A stretch of 64,000 nucleotides of DNA from an uncultured Candidatus Saccharibacteria bacterium (lineage in GTDB: Bacteria > Patescibacteriota > Minisyncoccia > Phycocordibacterales > PALSA-1337): assembly GCA_964470105.1 (NCBI GenBank), contig CAYXZI010000002.1, positions 8,644-72,643 of the forward strand, written 5' to 3'. The notes beneath the pieces are model-generated. The model was given only the letters and a program-made list of their open reading frames with translations, ran no database searches and had not been told where the DNA came from. Shown here one piece after another: positions 37,863 through 47,146 of the stretch (positions are counted from its first letter, which is position 1; every line of letters starts with the position of its first letter). The translations under genes were made by a program, and so were the position numbers.

Positions 37863-39485
37863 TTATATTATATCAAAGAAAGACATGAATTTTGCTGGAT
37901 CGATTGAAATGCCGCCAATCTTAATACTTAAATGAAGATGTGCTGCATCAGCATAACCTGTCCTACCACTTAAACCTATTATATCTCCAGTTTTAACAGT
38001 ATCCCCCTCTTTTACTTTTAACTCTGATAGGTGCATATATAAAGTACTCAATCCAAGACCATGATCTATAATTACCGTATTACCATATACGGTATATAGT
38101 CTAGAGACTCTGATAATGCCATCATTCATAGCCATAACTGGAGTACCGATTGAAGCTCTGAAGTCTGTTCCTTTATGAGCTATTAAAAAACCGACAGTAT
38201 CTCTATTGTAGCCATAATCATCTGTTACAAATATTGATTCTAATGGCTTACCAAAAGCGTCAGTCCATAAACTGGTAGTTGCAGTTTTTATATTGTTGAT
38301 ACTTGCATTTTCTTTAGTCAGATTATCGACAAGAGTCTTTCCAGCTTCTTTGGTATTACCTCCGAGTTTCTCTGGAATACCTAATGGCTTTTCAATTTTC
38401 TCACGTGGGGTTAACGTTAACGGTTCATTAATAACCATGCCATTATTCAGGGTTACTTTTATTGAATGTTCCATTTTTGTCTCCTCAAATGGAATGGCAA
38501 TGAAAGCAACTTTCTTGCCTTTATATGTAAGCGTTTGAATCTGTTTGGTGTCATACATAACACTTGATATTGTAGAGCTGGCACTAATGGTAACCATTAC
38601 TGGATCACCTGGATATACATTCTTAGGTTTTATATTTACAACTGGAGCTACAACATTATTTTCTATCACCACCTTAGTATTAGGAATGACCTTATTCGGC
38701 ATTGAAAGTGATATAAGAATTATTATTGCAATTAGTATTCTATAGTATCCAAAGGCGGTAAGAGATATCTTATTCAAATGTTTCTTTAGAAAAAGAATCA
38801 CTAGAAATGCTACGAGAAGTGAGACTACAAATCCTAAAATTAGACCGTCCCAGGAATGCAATTTTAGTAAAATGTCCTTTGACTTATATGCATCATATAT
38901 CACCGCTGCACCTAGTGTTGGTAATGCTAGTAGAAATGTATATTCAATAATTGTAGATTTCTTTATCTTCCTTAAGATACCGGCAATAATTGTTGCACCT
39001 GATCTCGATACTCCAGGAACAATAGCGATAGCTTGTGCAATACCTATTACAAATGCATCAAGCATTGAGATTTCTTCTTTACCAAACTTTTCTAGATCCC
39101 TACCTACTATCTTCCGCATAAATACTTTTTCTAAATATATAAATATTATTCCACCTATTGCCATAGTTATAGCTATTAGGATCATATTCCCTTCCAATAG
39201 CTGTTTGAATAGTTTATAAAATATAAAACCGATAATAGCACTTGGAATGAAACTAATGCATAGATTTATAAAAATCTTTCTATCAGAGAAGATTTTTTTT
39301 ATGTATATAATCAAACCCGCAGACAAGGCGCCAAACTGGATGAAGAGTATGTAGAACTTTATGTATGCATCAGTCGTATCTACGTGCAAAAATTTAGATA
39401 GCAAGATGAGGTGAGCAGTTGATGAAACTGGCAGAAATTCAGTAAAACCCTCTAGTGCAGATAGAATTATTAAGTATATATTCAT
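37863..39485 (-). CDS. uppP: Fusion of undecaprenyl-diphosphatase (UppP/BacA) and M23 peptidase
   Basis: EGFTEFLPVSSTAH, PGVSRSGAT; C-terminal HKGTDF, YGNTVIIDHG, HLHL. Confidence 0.88.
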   Translation of the reverse strand: MNIYLIILSALEGFTEFLPVSSTAHLILLSKFLHVDTTDAYIKFYILFIQFGALSAGLIIYIKKIFSDRKIFINLCISFIPSAIIGFIFYKLFKQLLEGNMILIAITMAIGGIIFIYLEKVFMRKIVGRDLEKFGKEEISMLDAFVIGIAQAIAIVPGVSRSGATIIAGILRKIKKSTIIEYTFLLALPTLGAAVIYDAYKSKDILLKLHSWDGLILGFVVSLLVAFLVILFLKKHLNKISLTAFGYYRILIAIIILISLSMPNKVIPNTKVVIENNVVAPVVNIKPKNVYPGDPVMVTISASSTISSVMYDTKQIQTLTYKGKKVAFIAIPFEETKMEHSIKVTLNNGMVINEPLTLTPREKIEKPLGIPEKLGGNTKEAGKTLVDNLTKENASINNIKTATTSLWTDAFGKPLESIFVTDDYGYNRDTVGFLIAHKGTDFRASIGTPVMAMNDGIIRVSRLYTVYGNTVIIDHGLGLSTLYMHLSELKVKEGDTVKTGDIIGLSGRTGYADAAHLHLSIKIGGISIDPAKFMSFFDII

Positions 39486-39871
39486 TTATATATAATATCT
39501 TGAATCTTCAAGGAAAGATATCCGAGTATTCCCAATTGGAGTGTTGGTGTTAGACCGATACCCAATATTGGAATAATTGGCATGTATTCATTGTATGCCC
39601 ATCTACCTGTAGATAAAGCAGCCCACTCTATACTAATAGCAACAATGAGACCAATAATAGTGATCATCCAGTACTTATCCTTAAACCATGGTAGGAAAAG
39701 AAATGGTAAGTAGAAAATTGTAATCATCACTGCATCACCAAGTGTTGCGCGTAAAAGTATGAATTCTGTTATCTTCCCTCCCATATAGTGAGAGTACAAT
39801 AGGGAGTGAATATTCTCCCATATGAAATTTAGTATAAAAGAAACTACAAATACAATAGTGATTCTTTTCAT
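39482..39871 (-). CDS. Small integral membrane protein
   Basis: Four hydrophobic segments; W.Y...MP.IP..GIGLTP.LQ. Confidence 0.6.
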   Translation of the reverse strand: MKRITIVFVVSFILNFIWENIHSLLYSHYMGGKITEFILLRATLGDAVMITIFYLPFLFLPWFKDKYWMITIIGLIVAISIEWAALSTGRWAYNEYMPIIPILGIGLTPTLQLGILGYLSLKIQDIIYK

Positions 39872-40321
39872 TTATCCCTGCTTACCGTTATATACCACTA
39901 TCTCAGTATGAGTCTCTTCTGCTTCATCTTTTCCGTGTCTTAGGTGAAAATCATAGTGTGGGTTTGAGATTATAGCCAAACTTATCGAAGTACATAGAAT
40001 ACACACGTTTCGAAATATGATATTCATAGTATGAAAATCCGTAATAAATATACCGAACATTAATCCTGCTGCAGCAATACTTGGTAGAAAAATCTTTTTA
40101 CCGGATAGCAGCCATAGACCAATAACTAACTCTGCCCCACCCCAAGTTATGAGAAGAATGTCATCAATTTTCCAATCTCTCATAAAATCTGGAAAATATG
40201 CTAGCCACGGTATTGGATTAATAAAAGCAGAAATGGAGGCGTAGAGAAATACAAAAGCTACTCCAAATCTTAATAGAAACCACACTATTTTAATTTGTCT
40301 TGGTGTCATGTTTTGATCCAT
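39872..40321 (-). CDS. DoxX-like membrane protein
   Basis: LLRFGVAFVFLYA, ELVIGLWLLSG, IIFRN. Confidence 0.65.
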   Translation of the reverse strand: MDQNMTPRQIKIVWFLLRFGVAFVFLYASISAFINPIPWLAYFPDFMRDWKIDDILLITWGGAELVIGLWLLSGKKIFLPSIAAAGLMFGIFITDFHTMNIIFRNVCILCTSISLAIISNPHYDFHLRHGKDEAEETHTEIVVYNGKQG

Positions 40322-40416
40322 ACAAGTATTATACACCAAATGGGTTTAGGGGATAAAAAAAACAATCCCCGGTGTGAGCCGAGGACTTGAAATCAAAACT
40401 TTGAGGGGTGTGTGAA

Positions 40417-40827
40417 TCACTCCTTAATGGTCAGAGAAATCTCTTGACCAAAATCCTCAGGAGGAAGGACTGAACGGATCCAGAGTCCTCGTTCTGTTGA
40501 AGTGGCTTCTGCCATAAATAGAGAGAAGATGAATTCCAGCGGGATGTCTGGTACAGCAGGCCCAGATGATGTTGGTTGTAGCGATAACAGCGTAACTCTT
40601 ATCGCACCTCCTGAAAGTGGAATATACTCCACCATATTTATCACCCCGGAGTATTCAATACCCTGGAATGTGAATCTGGCGGTACCGCCCGACAACCTCT
40701 GAATATCCTCCAAGTTGTCGAATCTCAGTGGTTGTATCTGTCTCTTTCTGCCGAGCAGTTTGATGAGGAGGACGCCGACAGGCAGGATGACGAGGAGGAT
40801 CAGAATAACAATTGCAGATGTCTTCAT
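40417..40827 (-). CDS. Hypothetical membrane-anchored protein (GC-richer cassette)
   Basis: N-terminal TM; own TTGACT promoter and terminator hairpin at about 40356-40389. Confidence 0.55.
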   Translation of the reverse strand: MKTSAIVILILLVILPVGVLLIKLLGRKRQIQPLRFDNLEDIQRLSGGTARFTFQGIEYSGVINMVEYIPLSGGAIRVTLLSLQPTSSGPAVPDIPLEFIFSLFMAEATSTERGLWIRSVLPPEDFGQEISLTIKE

Positions 40828-40975
40828 GTTTTGGTGAGTTGGTTGTGCTTGGTTTACCCAGACTTCAAGTTATATTATTCTATGGAAAAGTCAATTTAAT
40901 ATTTTTAACATAAAAGGCAGACCGCAGATGTTACTCTGCGGTTGTTTGAATTCGATTTCGAAATAGGTGCTGGTC

Positions 40976-41629
40976 CTATACAGCCCCTTGTACCAAGATA
41001 AGATCCGATGAAGCAGATGAGACCGCTGTTCCCGTGTTCCAGGTACGAAGTATCTCACTCAGCCAGTCTTGTCCATGCGCAGTCTGCGACTGGAAGAACA
41101 CACCTGTATCCAGATTATTATGGGATGCTGCGTAAAAACGCAAATAATAGCCAGACTTGTAGTTTTCTTTGATGTACTCCCTGATCTCAGGTAGACACAG
41201 AATGAGTTGGCTGGGATCGGCCATGTTGAGCCCATAACGCGCCATGACTTGACGGAAAACTGAGAGTTTACTACCGCGCGCCACACGGAAAAGTGTGTAG
41301 TGTCCGGCACAGGAGTATTGGACTGGAAGTGCCTTAAGAACTGAATCGCGTTTACCTATGTCACCGATCTCATCGCCGACCGGTACCGTATTTACGAGAT
41401 CGAGAAGCTGGTTTGCTCCTTTGGGTGCAACTTCAATCGTTGCCACTCGCACGAATAGGCTTCTGACCATCAATTTTGCAACCTCATCGGCCAACCTCTC
41501 CTCTGAGAGCAGACGGAGCAAGTCGTCATCGGCTTCACCACCAGCATCCTGAATTGCCTCCGCGAGTCTTTGGATGATTTGCAGATTTTTGTCACCCTGC
41601 CTAACAAGGACTGATTTGAGTTTCTTCAC
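40976..41629 (-). CDS. Hypothetical protein (GC-richer cassette)
   Basis: 217 aa ORF; promoter TTGACA-N17-TATTGT; terminator ACCGCAGA/TCTGCGGT at about 40912-40943. Confidence 0.55.
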   Translation of the reverse strand: MKKLKSVLVRQGDKNLQIIQRLAEAIQDAGGEADDDLLRLLSEERLADEVAKLMVRSLFVRVATIEVAPKGANQLLDLVNTVPVGDEIGDIGKRDSVLKALPVQYSCAGHYTLFRVARGSKLSVFRQVMARYGLNMADPSQLILCLPEIREYIKENYKSGYYLRFYAASHNNLDTGVFFQSQTAHGQDWLSEILRTWNTGTAVSSASSDLILVQGAV

Positions 41630-41733
41630 AATGAACCTTTTGTTTCATGGCCTACCCACACTGAATTTGTATCAGTAAAGCCTACCATGTTCAAATAATA
41701 CAATACTTTGTTTATACTGAAATGTCAACTCTG

Positions 41734-41806
41734 GGTGGCTATCGGGAGTCGAACCCGAACTAAGAGTTCCACAAACTCTGGTGCTAACCGCTACACCATA
41801 GCCACC
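41734..41806 (-). tRNA. tRNA-His(GTG)
   Basis: G-1 GTGGCTA/TAGCCAC acceptor stem, anticodon loop TTGTGGA, GGTTCGACTCC. Confidence 0.95.
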
Positions 41807-41897
41807 ATAAACTAACTTTATCTTTATACCAGATTTAGCACTTTATAGCCAATCACAAGCATCCACAATACTTGCCTGAAATGCTATAATGTATGTC

Positions 41898-42737
41898 ATG
41901 AAAATCGGTTTTATCGGACAAGGCTGGATCGGAAAACACTATGCTGATGACTTTGAAAACAGAGGTTATGATGTTGTTAGGTATTCTAAAGAACCTCAGT
42001 ATGAGATGAATAGGGATAAAATTGGTCTGTGTAAGATAGTATTTATAGCTGTCCCTACTCCTACCACTCCTAAGGGATACGATTCAAGTATAATCGAAAA
42101 GGTTGTGTCACTTGTATCTCCAAAGTCTATTGCAGTAATTAAATCCACCATACTACCTGGAGTAGCAAGACGTATACAGAAAAAATATCCTGACAGAATA
42201 GTTATGCATTCACCAGAATTTCTGAGTGAAGCAACGGCAGCAAAAGATGCTAAGGAGCCTTTTATGAATATTGTTGGTATTGATACCAAATCAAATCAAC
42301 ATAAGATTGCTGCTAAATTGGTTCACTCTGTACTGCCTAAAGCTCCACATAGCAAAACTATATCTTACGAAGAAGCTGAACTAATTAAATATGCACATAA
42401 TTGTAGTGGATATACCCAAATAATTTTCTTTAATTTAATATATGATGCTGCTAAAAAAGTTGGTGCAAATTGGAGTGAAATTGAGCCGATTCTGAAAGCC
42501 GACCCTCTTATACCTAATAGATATGCATCACCAATACATAAAAGTGGAAGAGGTGCTGGAGGTAATTGTTTTATAAAAGACTTTGAAGCTTTTAGAAACT
42601 TTTACGACAAGACTGTAAAAGATTCACTTGGAAGCAAGGTTCTAGCATCAATGAAAAGCAAGAATATTGATCTATTGGTTAAATCTAAAAAAGATATTGA
42701 TCTATTAAAAGGAGTTTACGGTAAGAAGATTAAATAG
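41898..42737 (+). CDS. UDP-glucose/GDP-mannose dehydrogenase family protein lacking the C-terminal domain
   Basis: GFIGQGWIG, FIAVPTP, IKSTILPG, SPEFLSE, AELIKY, GAGGNCFIKD. Confidence 0.8.
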   Translation: MKIGFIGQGWIGKHYADDFENRGYDVVRYSKEPQYEMNRDKIGLCKIVFIAVPTPTTPKGYDSSIIEKVVSLVSPKSIAVIKSTILPGVARRIQKKYPDRIVMHSPEFLSEATAAKDAKEPFMNIVGIDTKSNQHKIAAKLVHSVLPKAPHSKTISYEEAELIKYAHNCSGYTQIIFFNLIYDAAKKVGANWSEIEPILKADPLIPNRYASPIHKSGRGAGGNCFIKDFEAFRNFYDKTVKDSLGSKVLASMKSKNIDLLVKSKKDIDLLKGVYGKKIK

Positions 42738-43056
42738 TTATCCTATCAATCTTTGCTGCAACGATGAAATCATTCTCTGTTAGACCACCAACTTCATGGG
42801 TCATGATCTCAATATCGACTTTATTGTAGTATATATGAATATCAGGATGATGCCCCTCTCCTTCTGCTATATCTGCTACTTTATTAACAAAAACCATCGA
42901 TTCTTTAAAATCCTTAAACTGGAAATTTCTTGATATCTTCTTATCTTCCATCACTTTCCATTTTGTAAGATCTTTAGAGAAGATAGCTATAGATTTAGCA
43001 TCCACTGGCGTTCCACCAACTTCACAAGGTATACATTTTTTATTTGAAAGGTCCAT
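42730..43056 (-). CDS. phhB: Pterin-4-alpha-carbinolamine dehydratase family protein
   Basis: CIPCE, AEGEGHHPDI, THEVGGLTENDF. Confidence 0.9.
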   Translation of the reverse strand: MDLSNKKCIPCEVGGTPVDAKSIAIFSKDLTKWKVMEDKKISRNFQFKDFKESMVFVNKVADIAEGEGHHPDIHIYYNKVDIEIMTHEVGGLTENDFIVAAKIDRITI

Positions 43057-43060
43057 ATAT

Positions 43061-43930
43061 TTATTTTTTTGAAATTATTATTGGGTAAGAGTATCTAATT
43101 AGAACTCTTCCTTCACCAGTATCTATAATACCCAGATATTCCTTACCATATTTATTACTGTATTCATCAATTAATCCGTATGCCTTTTGAAGATAGATAC
43201 TCTTTCGGTCTTCGATTTTATTCAAATCATTCTGATTATTATTTTTAAGTACCTTTTGGACTATATCAGAATTAAACCTATCCCACTGCTCCTCTGGTGA
43301 CCACTCATTTGATTTGGTATATCCTACATGAGTAATTTCTTTAAAGCCTACTTCTTTTAGAATTTGAAAATAGTCATCTTCACAAATCCAATGATAATTT
43401 CCAGATCCTGCGCGACCCAGTTCTGGTATATTAGAAATAGCAGAACGCAAATCACAATTTTCTTTGTTTCCTGAACTATTTTGGTGGACTAAATGACCAT
43501 TAGTTTTTAAGGAATTGAGAATATTTTTCAAAATTAACCTTTGGTCTTTAGGGGCATTATAGTGAAGAACTGCTCTCATGGTAACCAAGTCAAGATTCGA
43601 AAAAGAAACTTCTTCCAAATTACATAGTTGAATTTCTAACCCTTTTTCTTCTGAATCTTTCAGATAATCTTCGTTTGCATCTACTACAACTGTTCTAATT
43701 TTACGTCCTGAATTTTCTAAATACTTTTTTACGCCTACAGCTAGATGACCTTGCCCTCCACCAAAATCAACATATGTCATTTCCATTGGAAAATGATTGA
43801 ATATGGGTTGTATACCGAGCTCAATAAACCTTGCTATGTTTTTAGGGTCTGAAAAATAACCCTTATACACCTTAGAAATGTCGACCCTTGCCATCTTGTC
43901 TGCATTTGTTCCGATAGACTTTATATCCAT
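43061..43930 (-). CDS. Class I SAM-dependent methyltransferase
   Basis: VDFGGGQG, VVDAN, MRAVLHY, LKTNG. Confidence 0.75.
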   Translation of the reverse strand: MDIKSIGTNADKMARVDISKVYKGYFSDPKNIARFIELGIQPIFNHFPMEMTYVDFGGGQGHLAVGVKKYLENSGRKIRTVVVDANEDYLKDSEEKGLEIQLCNLEEVSFSNLDLVTMRAVLHYNAPKDQRLILKNILNSLKTNGHLVHQNSSGNKENCDLRSAISNIPELGRAGSGNYHWICEDDYFQILKEVGFKEITHVGYTKSNEWSPEEQWDRFNSDIVQKVLKNNNQNDLNKIEDRKSIYLQKAYGLIDEYSNKYGKEYLGIIDTGEGRVLIRYSYPIIISKK

Positions 43931-43969
43931 AGTTTTATTTTAACATTGATCCGACAAAATAATTATGTG

Positions 43970-44054
43970 TGCCCAGGAGAGGATTCGAACCTCCATACCC
44001 GTGAGGGCGCTACCACCTCAAGGTAGTGCGTCTAGCCAGTTTCGCCACCTGGGC
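43970..44054 (-). tRNA. tRNA-Leu(GAG)
   Basis: GCCCAGG/CCTGGGC stem, loop TTGAGGT, long variable arm, GGTTCGAATCC. Confidence 0.95.
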
Positions 44055-44093
44055 ATGCATGAACTATATCGAATTAAGTTAATATTTTCAACA

Positions 44094-44125
44094 AAAGAAA
44101 AACTCGATTTCTCGAGTTTTTCTTT
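44094..44125 (-). terminator. Terminator after rplS
   Basis: AAAGAAAAACTCGA-TTTC-TCGAGTTTTTCTTT. Confidence 0.8.
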
Positions 44126-44127
44126 CA

Positions 44128-44565
44128 TTATGCTTTTACCTCTTCTTTTTTCTCTTCAGCTAGCTCCTTTGCATTGTGCTTTGTGTCTGTGTTCTGATCC
44201 TTGTCGATAGCAAGCATTCTTCTCATCTGTCTTCGGATTTCCTTTGCTGCCTTCTCTCTTACGAAATATAGTTTTGCTCGTCTAACCTTTGAACGTCTTA
44301 ATAGATCTATCTTATCTATCATTGGAGTATATAGTGGAAAGATCTTTTCAACACCTACAGAGTCTATAACCTTTCTAACGGTGAATGTGGCACCTGCCTC
44401 TGTACCATGCTTACGAGCTAGCACAAGTCCCTCAAAAGCCTGTAGGCGTGTCTTACCCTTTTCCTGTATCTTCTGCCAAACCTTTACTGTATCACCAGGA
44501 CGAATATCGAGTTTCTTTCGCTCTTCGATGTTTACTGCTGAAATAATATTAGTATTTGATGCCAT
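44128..44565 (-). CDS. rplS: 50S ribosomal protein L19
   Basis: IRPGDTVKV, RLQAFEGLV, TFTVRK, GVEKIFP, KVRRAKLYF. Confidence 0.96.
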   Translation of the reverse strand: MASNTNIISAVNIEERKKLDIRPGDTVKVWQKIQEKGKTRLQAFEGLVLARKHGTEAGATFTVRKVIDSVGVEKIFPLYTPMIDKIDLLRRSKVRRAKLYFVREKAAKEIRRQMRRMLAIDKDQNTDTKHNAKELAEEKKEEVKA

Positions 44566-44591
44566 ATATTCTTGTATAAGTAAGAACAAAT

Positions 44592-45350
44592 CTAACACAG
44601 ACCTTCCTTTTTCGCAACCTCTTGTATACCTAACTCCTCAATAGCATTGATGAAATCCTCTGGTATTGACGCTTTTACCATTATTTTCTTGCCTGCACAG
44701 TTAGTAAACTCAATTGAATATGCATGAAGTGCATTCCTATTAAAACCCAGTGCATTAGGCCTTTCTATGATCTTTTCTGGTGCATATAGCCCATCACAGA
44801 CAACTGGGTGGTTAAGTGCCTTAAAATGAACTCTGATCTGATGAGTTCTACCTGTCTTTGGTTCAACCTCGAGAAAAGAATACCCTGCTCTGTATGATAG
44901 GAGTGTATACCATGTCTCAGCATCACGAAGCTCACCCCTTGCACCTCGTGTAGCTGACCATCTTCTAAAATCATTTGGGCTTCTACCAATTGGTCTTTTA
45001 ATAATTCCAAATCTATCCTTGATTTCGCCATAGACAAAAGTCAAATATTTCTTTGTAAGTGTCCTATCTTGAAACTGTGTCTTTAAACACTCATGTCCTG
45101 CCTTAGTCTTAGCAATCAAGATCACACCTGTAGTGTCTCTGTCTAATCTATGAACTATGCCTGGGCGATCTATGATACCAAAATCTGTTGTTTCTAGCGG
45201 TTCACCAACACTCTTTGTTTTTGGATAGTTTTTTAATATCCAATCAGTTAGAAATGGCCCTCTTGAGCGTCCATCTGGGTGTACCACAATACCCGCTGGC
45301 TTATTAACAGCAACAATATCTTTGTCTTCGTATATGATATCTATCTTCAT
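44592..45350 (-). CDS. RluA/RluD-family pseudouridine synthase
   Basis: NKPAGIVVHP, RPGIVHRLDRDTTG, TGRTHQIRVH. Confidence 0.92.
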   Translation of the reverse strand: MKIDIIYEDKDIVAVNKPAGIVVHPDGRSRGPFLTDWILKNYPKTKSVGEPLETTDFGIIDRPGIVHRLDRDTTGVILIAKTKAGHECLKTQFQDRTLTKKYLTFVYGEIKDRFGIIKRPIGRSPNDFRRWSATRGARGELRDAETWYTLLSYRAGYSFLEVEPKTGRTHQIRVHFKALNHPVVCDGLYAPEKIIERPNALGFNRNALHAYSIEFTNCAGKKIMVKASIPEDFINAIEELGIQEVAKKEGLC

Positions 45351-45416
45351 AAAAATGATTAGCTCTTGATAATAACAACAATATACGATAATCTAACATA
45401 TGTCTATTTAATACAT

Positions 45417-45489
45417 GCGCGATTAGCTCAGTTGGTAGAGCAACCCGTTTACACCGGGTAGGTCGCAAGTTCGAGTCTTGCATCGCGCA
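45417..45489 (+). tRNA. tRNA-Val(TAC)
   Basis: GCGCGAT/ATCGCGC stem, AGCTCAGTTGGTAGAGC, loop TTTACAC, AGTTCGAGTC. Confidence 0.95.
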
Positions 45490-45493
45490 CAGA

Positions 45494-45529
45494 TAAAACA
45501 AAAACCACCATATGGTGGTTTTTGTTTTA
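45494..45529. terminator. Perfect palindromic bidirectional terminator
   Basis: TAAAACAAAAACCACCA-TA-TGGTGGTTTTTGTTTTA. Confidence 0.8.
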
Positions 45530-45545
45530 GTTACTTCCCAATCAA

Positions 45546-45761
45546 TTACATTGCTGTATTACCAGAAGCTACGCAATCTGAGCAAGACTTCTTATGTGTA
45601 ACAACAAGGTATATTGCTGATAGACCTACTAGGATATAGACGATCTTCTCAACAATAGTTCCTAGATATGTTACGACGTTAAGATCGAACAAACCAACTA
45701 GCAACCAATTCAAACTTCCTACGATAACTAATATAAATGCAATTACATGTAGTGCTTTCAT
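45546..45761 (-). CDS. DUF378 family small membrane protein
   Basis: LVIVGSLNWLLVGLFDLNVV...VYILVGLSA. Confidence 0.85.
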   Translation of the reverse strand: MKALHVIAFILVIVGSLNWLLVGLFDLNVVTYLGTIVEKIVYILVGLSAIYLVVTHKKSCSDCVASGNTAM

Positions 45762-45832
45762 TTTTTTATAAATTAATTATTAATAAATTCCTTCCTTAAT
45801 TATACCCTATTTAGCACTTACTAAGTACTTTA

Positions 45833-45841
45833 TTATCCACA
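45833..45841 (+). promoter_or_regulatory. Perfect DnaA-box consensus
   Basis: TTATCCACA immediately 3' of tRNA-Arg(TCT). Confidence 0.35.
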
Positions 45842-45845
45842 TTTG

Positions 45846-45917
45846 TGCCCCCGGTTGGAATCGAACCAACAATAACGGCTTAGAAGTCCGTAGTTATATC
45901 CATTTAACTACAGGGGC
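45846..45917 (-). tRNA. tRNA-Arg(TCT)
   Basis: GCCCCTG/CGGGGGC stem, loop TTCTAAG region with anticodon TCT, GGTTCGATTCC. Confidence 0.93.
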
Positions 45918-46219
45918 ATTGTTTTACCAAAACCTTTTAATTGTTTGTAGGTCTTTCTCCTATGACAATTAGCACAACGTATATCACATTTTTTAATCTC
46001 CTCCATTACCGACATCCAAGAATAATGTCCTGACAACATTTTATTGATTGTCTTAAACTTAGAAGACTGATTCCTATGATCAAAGTCCAGAACTATTGGG
46101 TCATCTTCTCCACAATCTATACACTTTTTATTACGTAAAAAGTCGAGTAGTTGTGATCTTACTTTTATACGATGTCTTTTTTGTGCTTTATATAAATCCT
46201 CCTTGTTTTTATAAGGCAT
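45908..46219 (-). CDS. Small HNH endonuclease; stop codon lies inside tRNA-Arg(TCT)
   Basis: CIDCGEDDPIVLDFDH...EEIKKCDIRCANCHR (zinc-finger HNH). Confidence 0.85.
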   Translation of the reverse strand: MPYKNKEDLYKAQKRHRIKVRSQLLDFLRNKKCIDCGEDDPIVLDFDHRNQSSKFKTINKMLSGHYSWMSVMEEIKKCDIRCANCHRRKTYKQLKGFGKTMPL

Positions 46220-46289
46220 ATAAGGATTATACCACATCACTCTAACCCATACACGCTTCTATAGAAGAATATAACAGAAAAAGTGAAAA

Positions 46290-46622
46290 TTACAAAGAGG
46301 GATCAGACACTCCTCTATACCCTGACTTTGCTTGAGTACTATTATCCTGCTTACCTTTAAAGCGATCTATTATCGTATCAAGATCTTTTTCATTGAAAAT
46401 CTTATTATTTGTACCACTTACTGTTTCTTGAGTTGTGTAGTTACCTGTGGATATTTGCCAATATAGATAGAAACCAAAGAGTATGACAAGGGTGGTTAGT
46501 ACAATGTTAATAATTAGTATTATCAACCAATCTACAAAAGCATTTCTTCCTATTTCCCTAAACATCACAGAAAATGATGTGCTTGGTACCTTCATGAATT
46601 TTTTCTTAAAAAGATTTGGCAT
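46290..46622 (-). CDS. Single-TM protein at the end of the pilMNO-like operon
   Basis: One TM helix, C-terminal DPSL; position. Confidence 0.55.
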   Translation of the reverse strand: MPNLFKKKFMKVPSTSFSVMFREIGRNAFVDWLIILIINIVLTTLVILFGFYLYWQISTGNYTTQETVSGTNNKIFNEKDLDTIIDRFKGKQDNSTQAKSGYRGVSDPSL

Positions 46623-46627
46623 ATATA

Positions 46628-47146
46628 TTATTGTATCGCTAAAACTTCAATTTCAAGCATTAGGTTCCAAATATGCTGTCCTTTTGCTTGATCACCGGAG
46701 ACATCAAGTCTAACATTCTTAAGATTCGCGCTAAGTGGTAAATTCTCCAAAAGAGCTAGAGCGGTTATTACCCCGGACCAACTTCCCTTTGCGCTTATCT
46801 TGGCTTTGACCATTCCTTGTGAATTAGATATTGATGAAAGCTCTAAATCTGTTTTTGAATAGTCTCCAATACTCTCTACCTGCTCAATGAAATCAACTAC
46901 TTTGTCCCCTACTATGAAGAATGATTTTAATTTGGATCTAGACTCGGTAGTTGAATTAAATCTTTTTACCAATTCCCTCTCACTCTTTCTCCTTTCATCT
47001 TCATTTTCTACTTCCTTACTAGATAACACATAATGATCTGCCTGCATGGTAGTTTTCTTGTATATAAATACATAGACCAATAGCGAAAAGACTAGGCTAA
47101 CGATTGAAAATAGTATGAGGATGTAGTGTCTATGATTAATTTTCAT
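46628..47146 (-). CDS. PilO-like type IV pilus alignment protein
   Basis: TM plus coiled coil plus KGSWSGVITALALLENLP; follows PilN-like gene. Confidence 0.6.
   Translation of the reverse strand: MKINHRHYILILFSIVSLVFSLLVYVFIYKKTTMQADHYVLSSKEVENEDERRKSERELVKRFNSTTESRSKLKSFFIVGDKVVDFIEQVESIGDYSKTDLELSSISNSQGMVKAKISAKGSWSGVITALALLENLPLSANLKNVRLDVSGDQAKGQHIWNLMLEIEVLAIQ

Noticed and set aside
43965-44210. Short ORFs overlapping tRNA genes (also 45304-45501, 51100-51285, 51142-51324)
   Set aside because: They are translations of tRNA sequence
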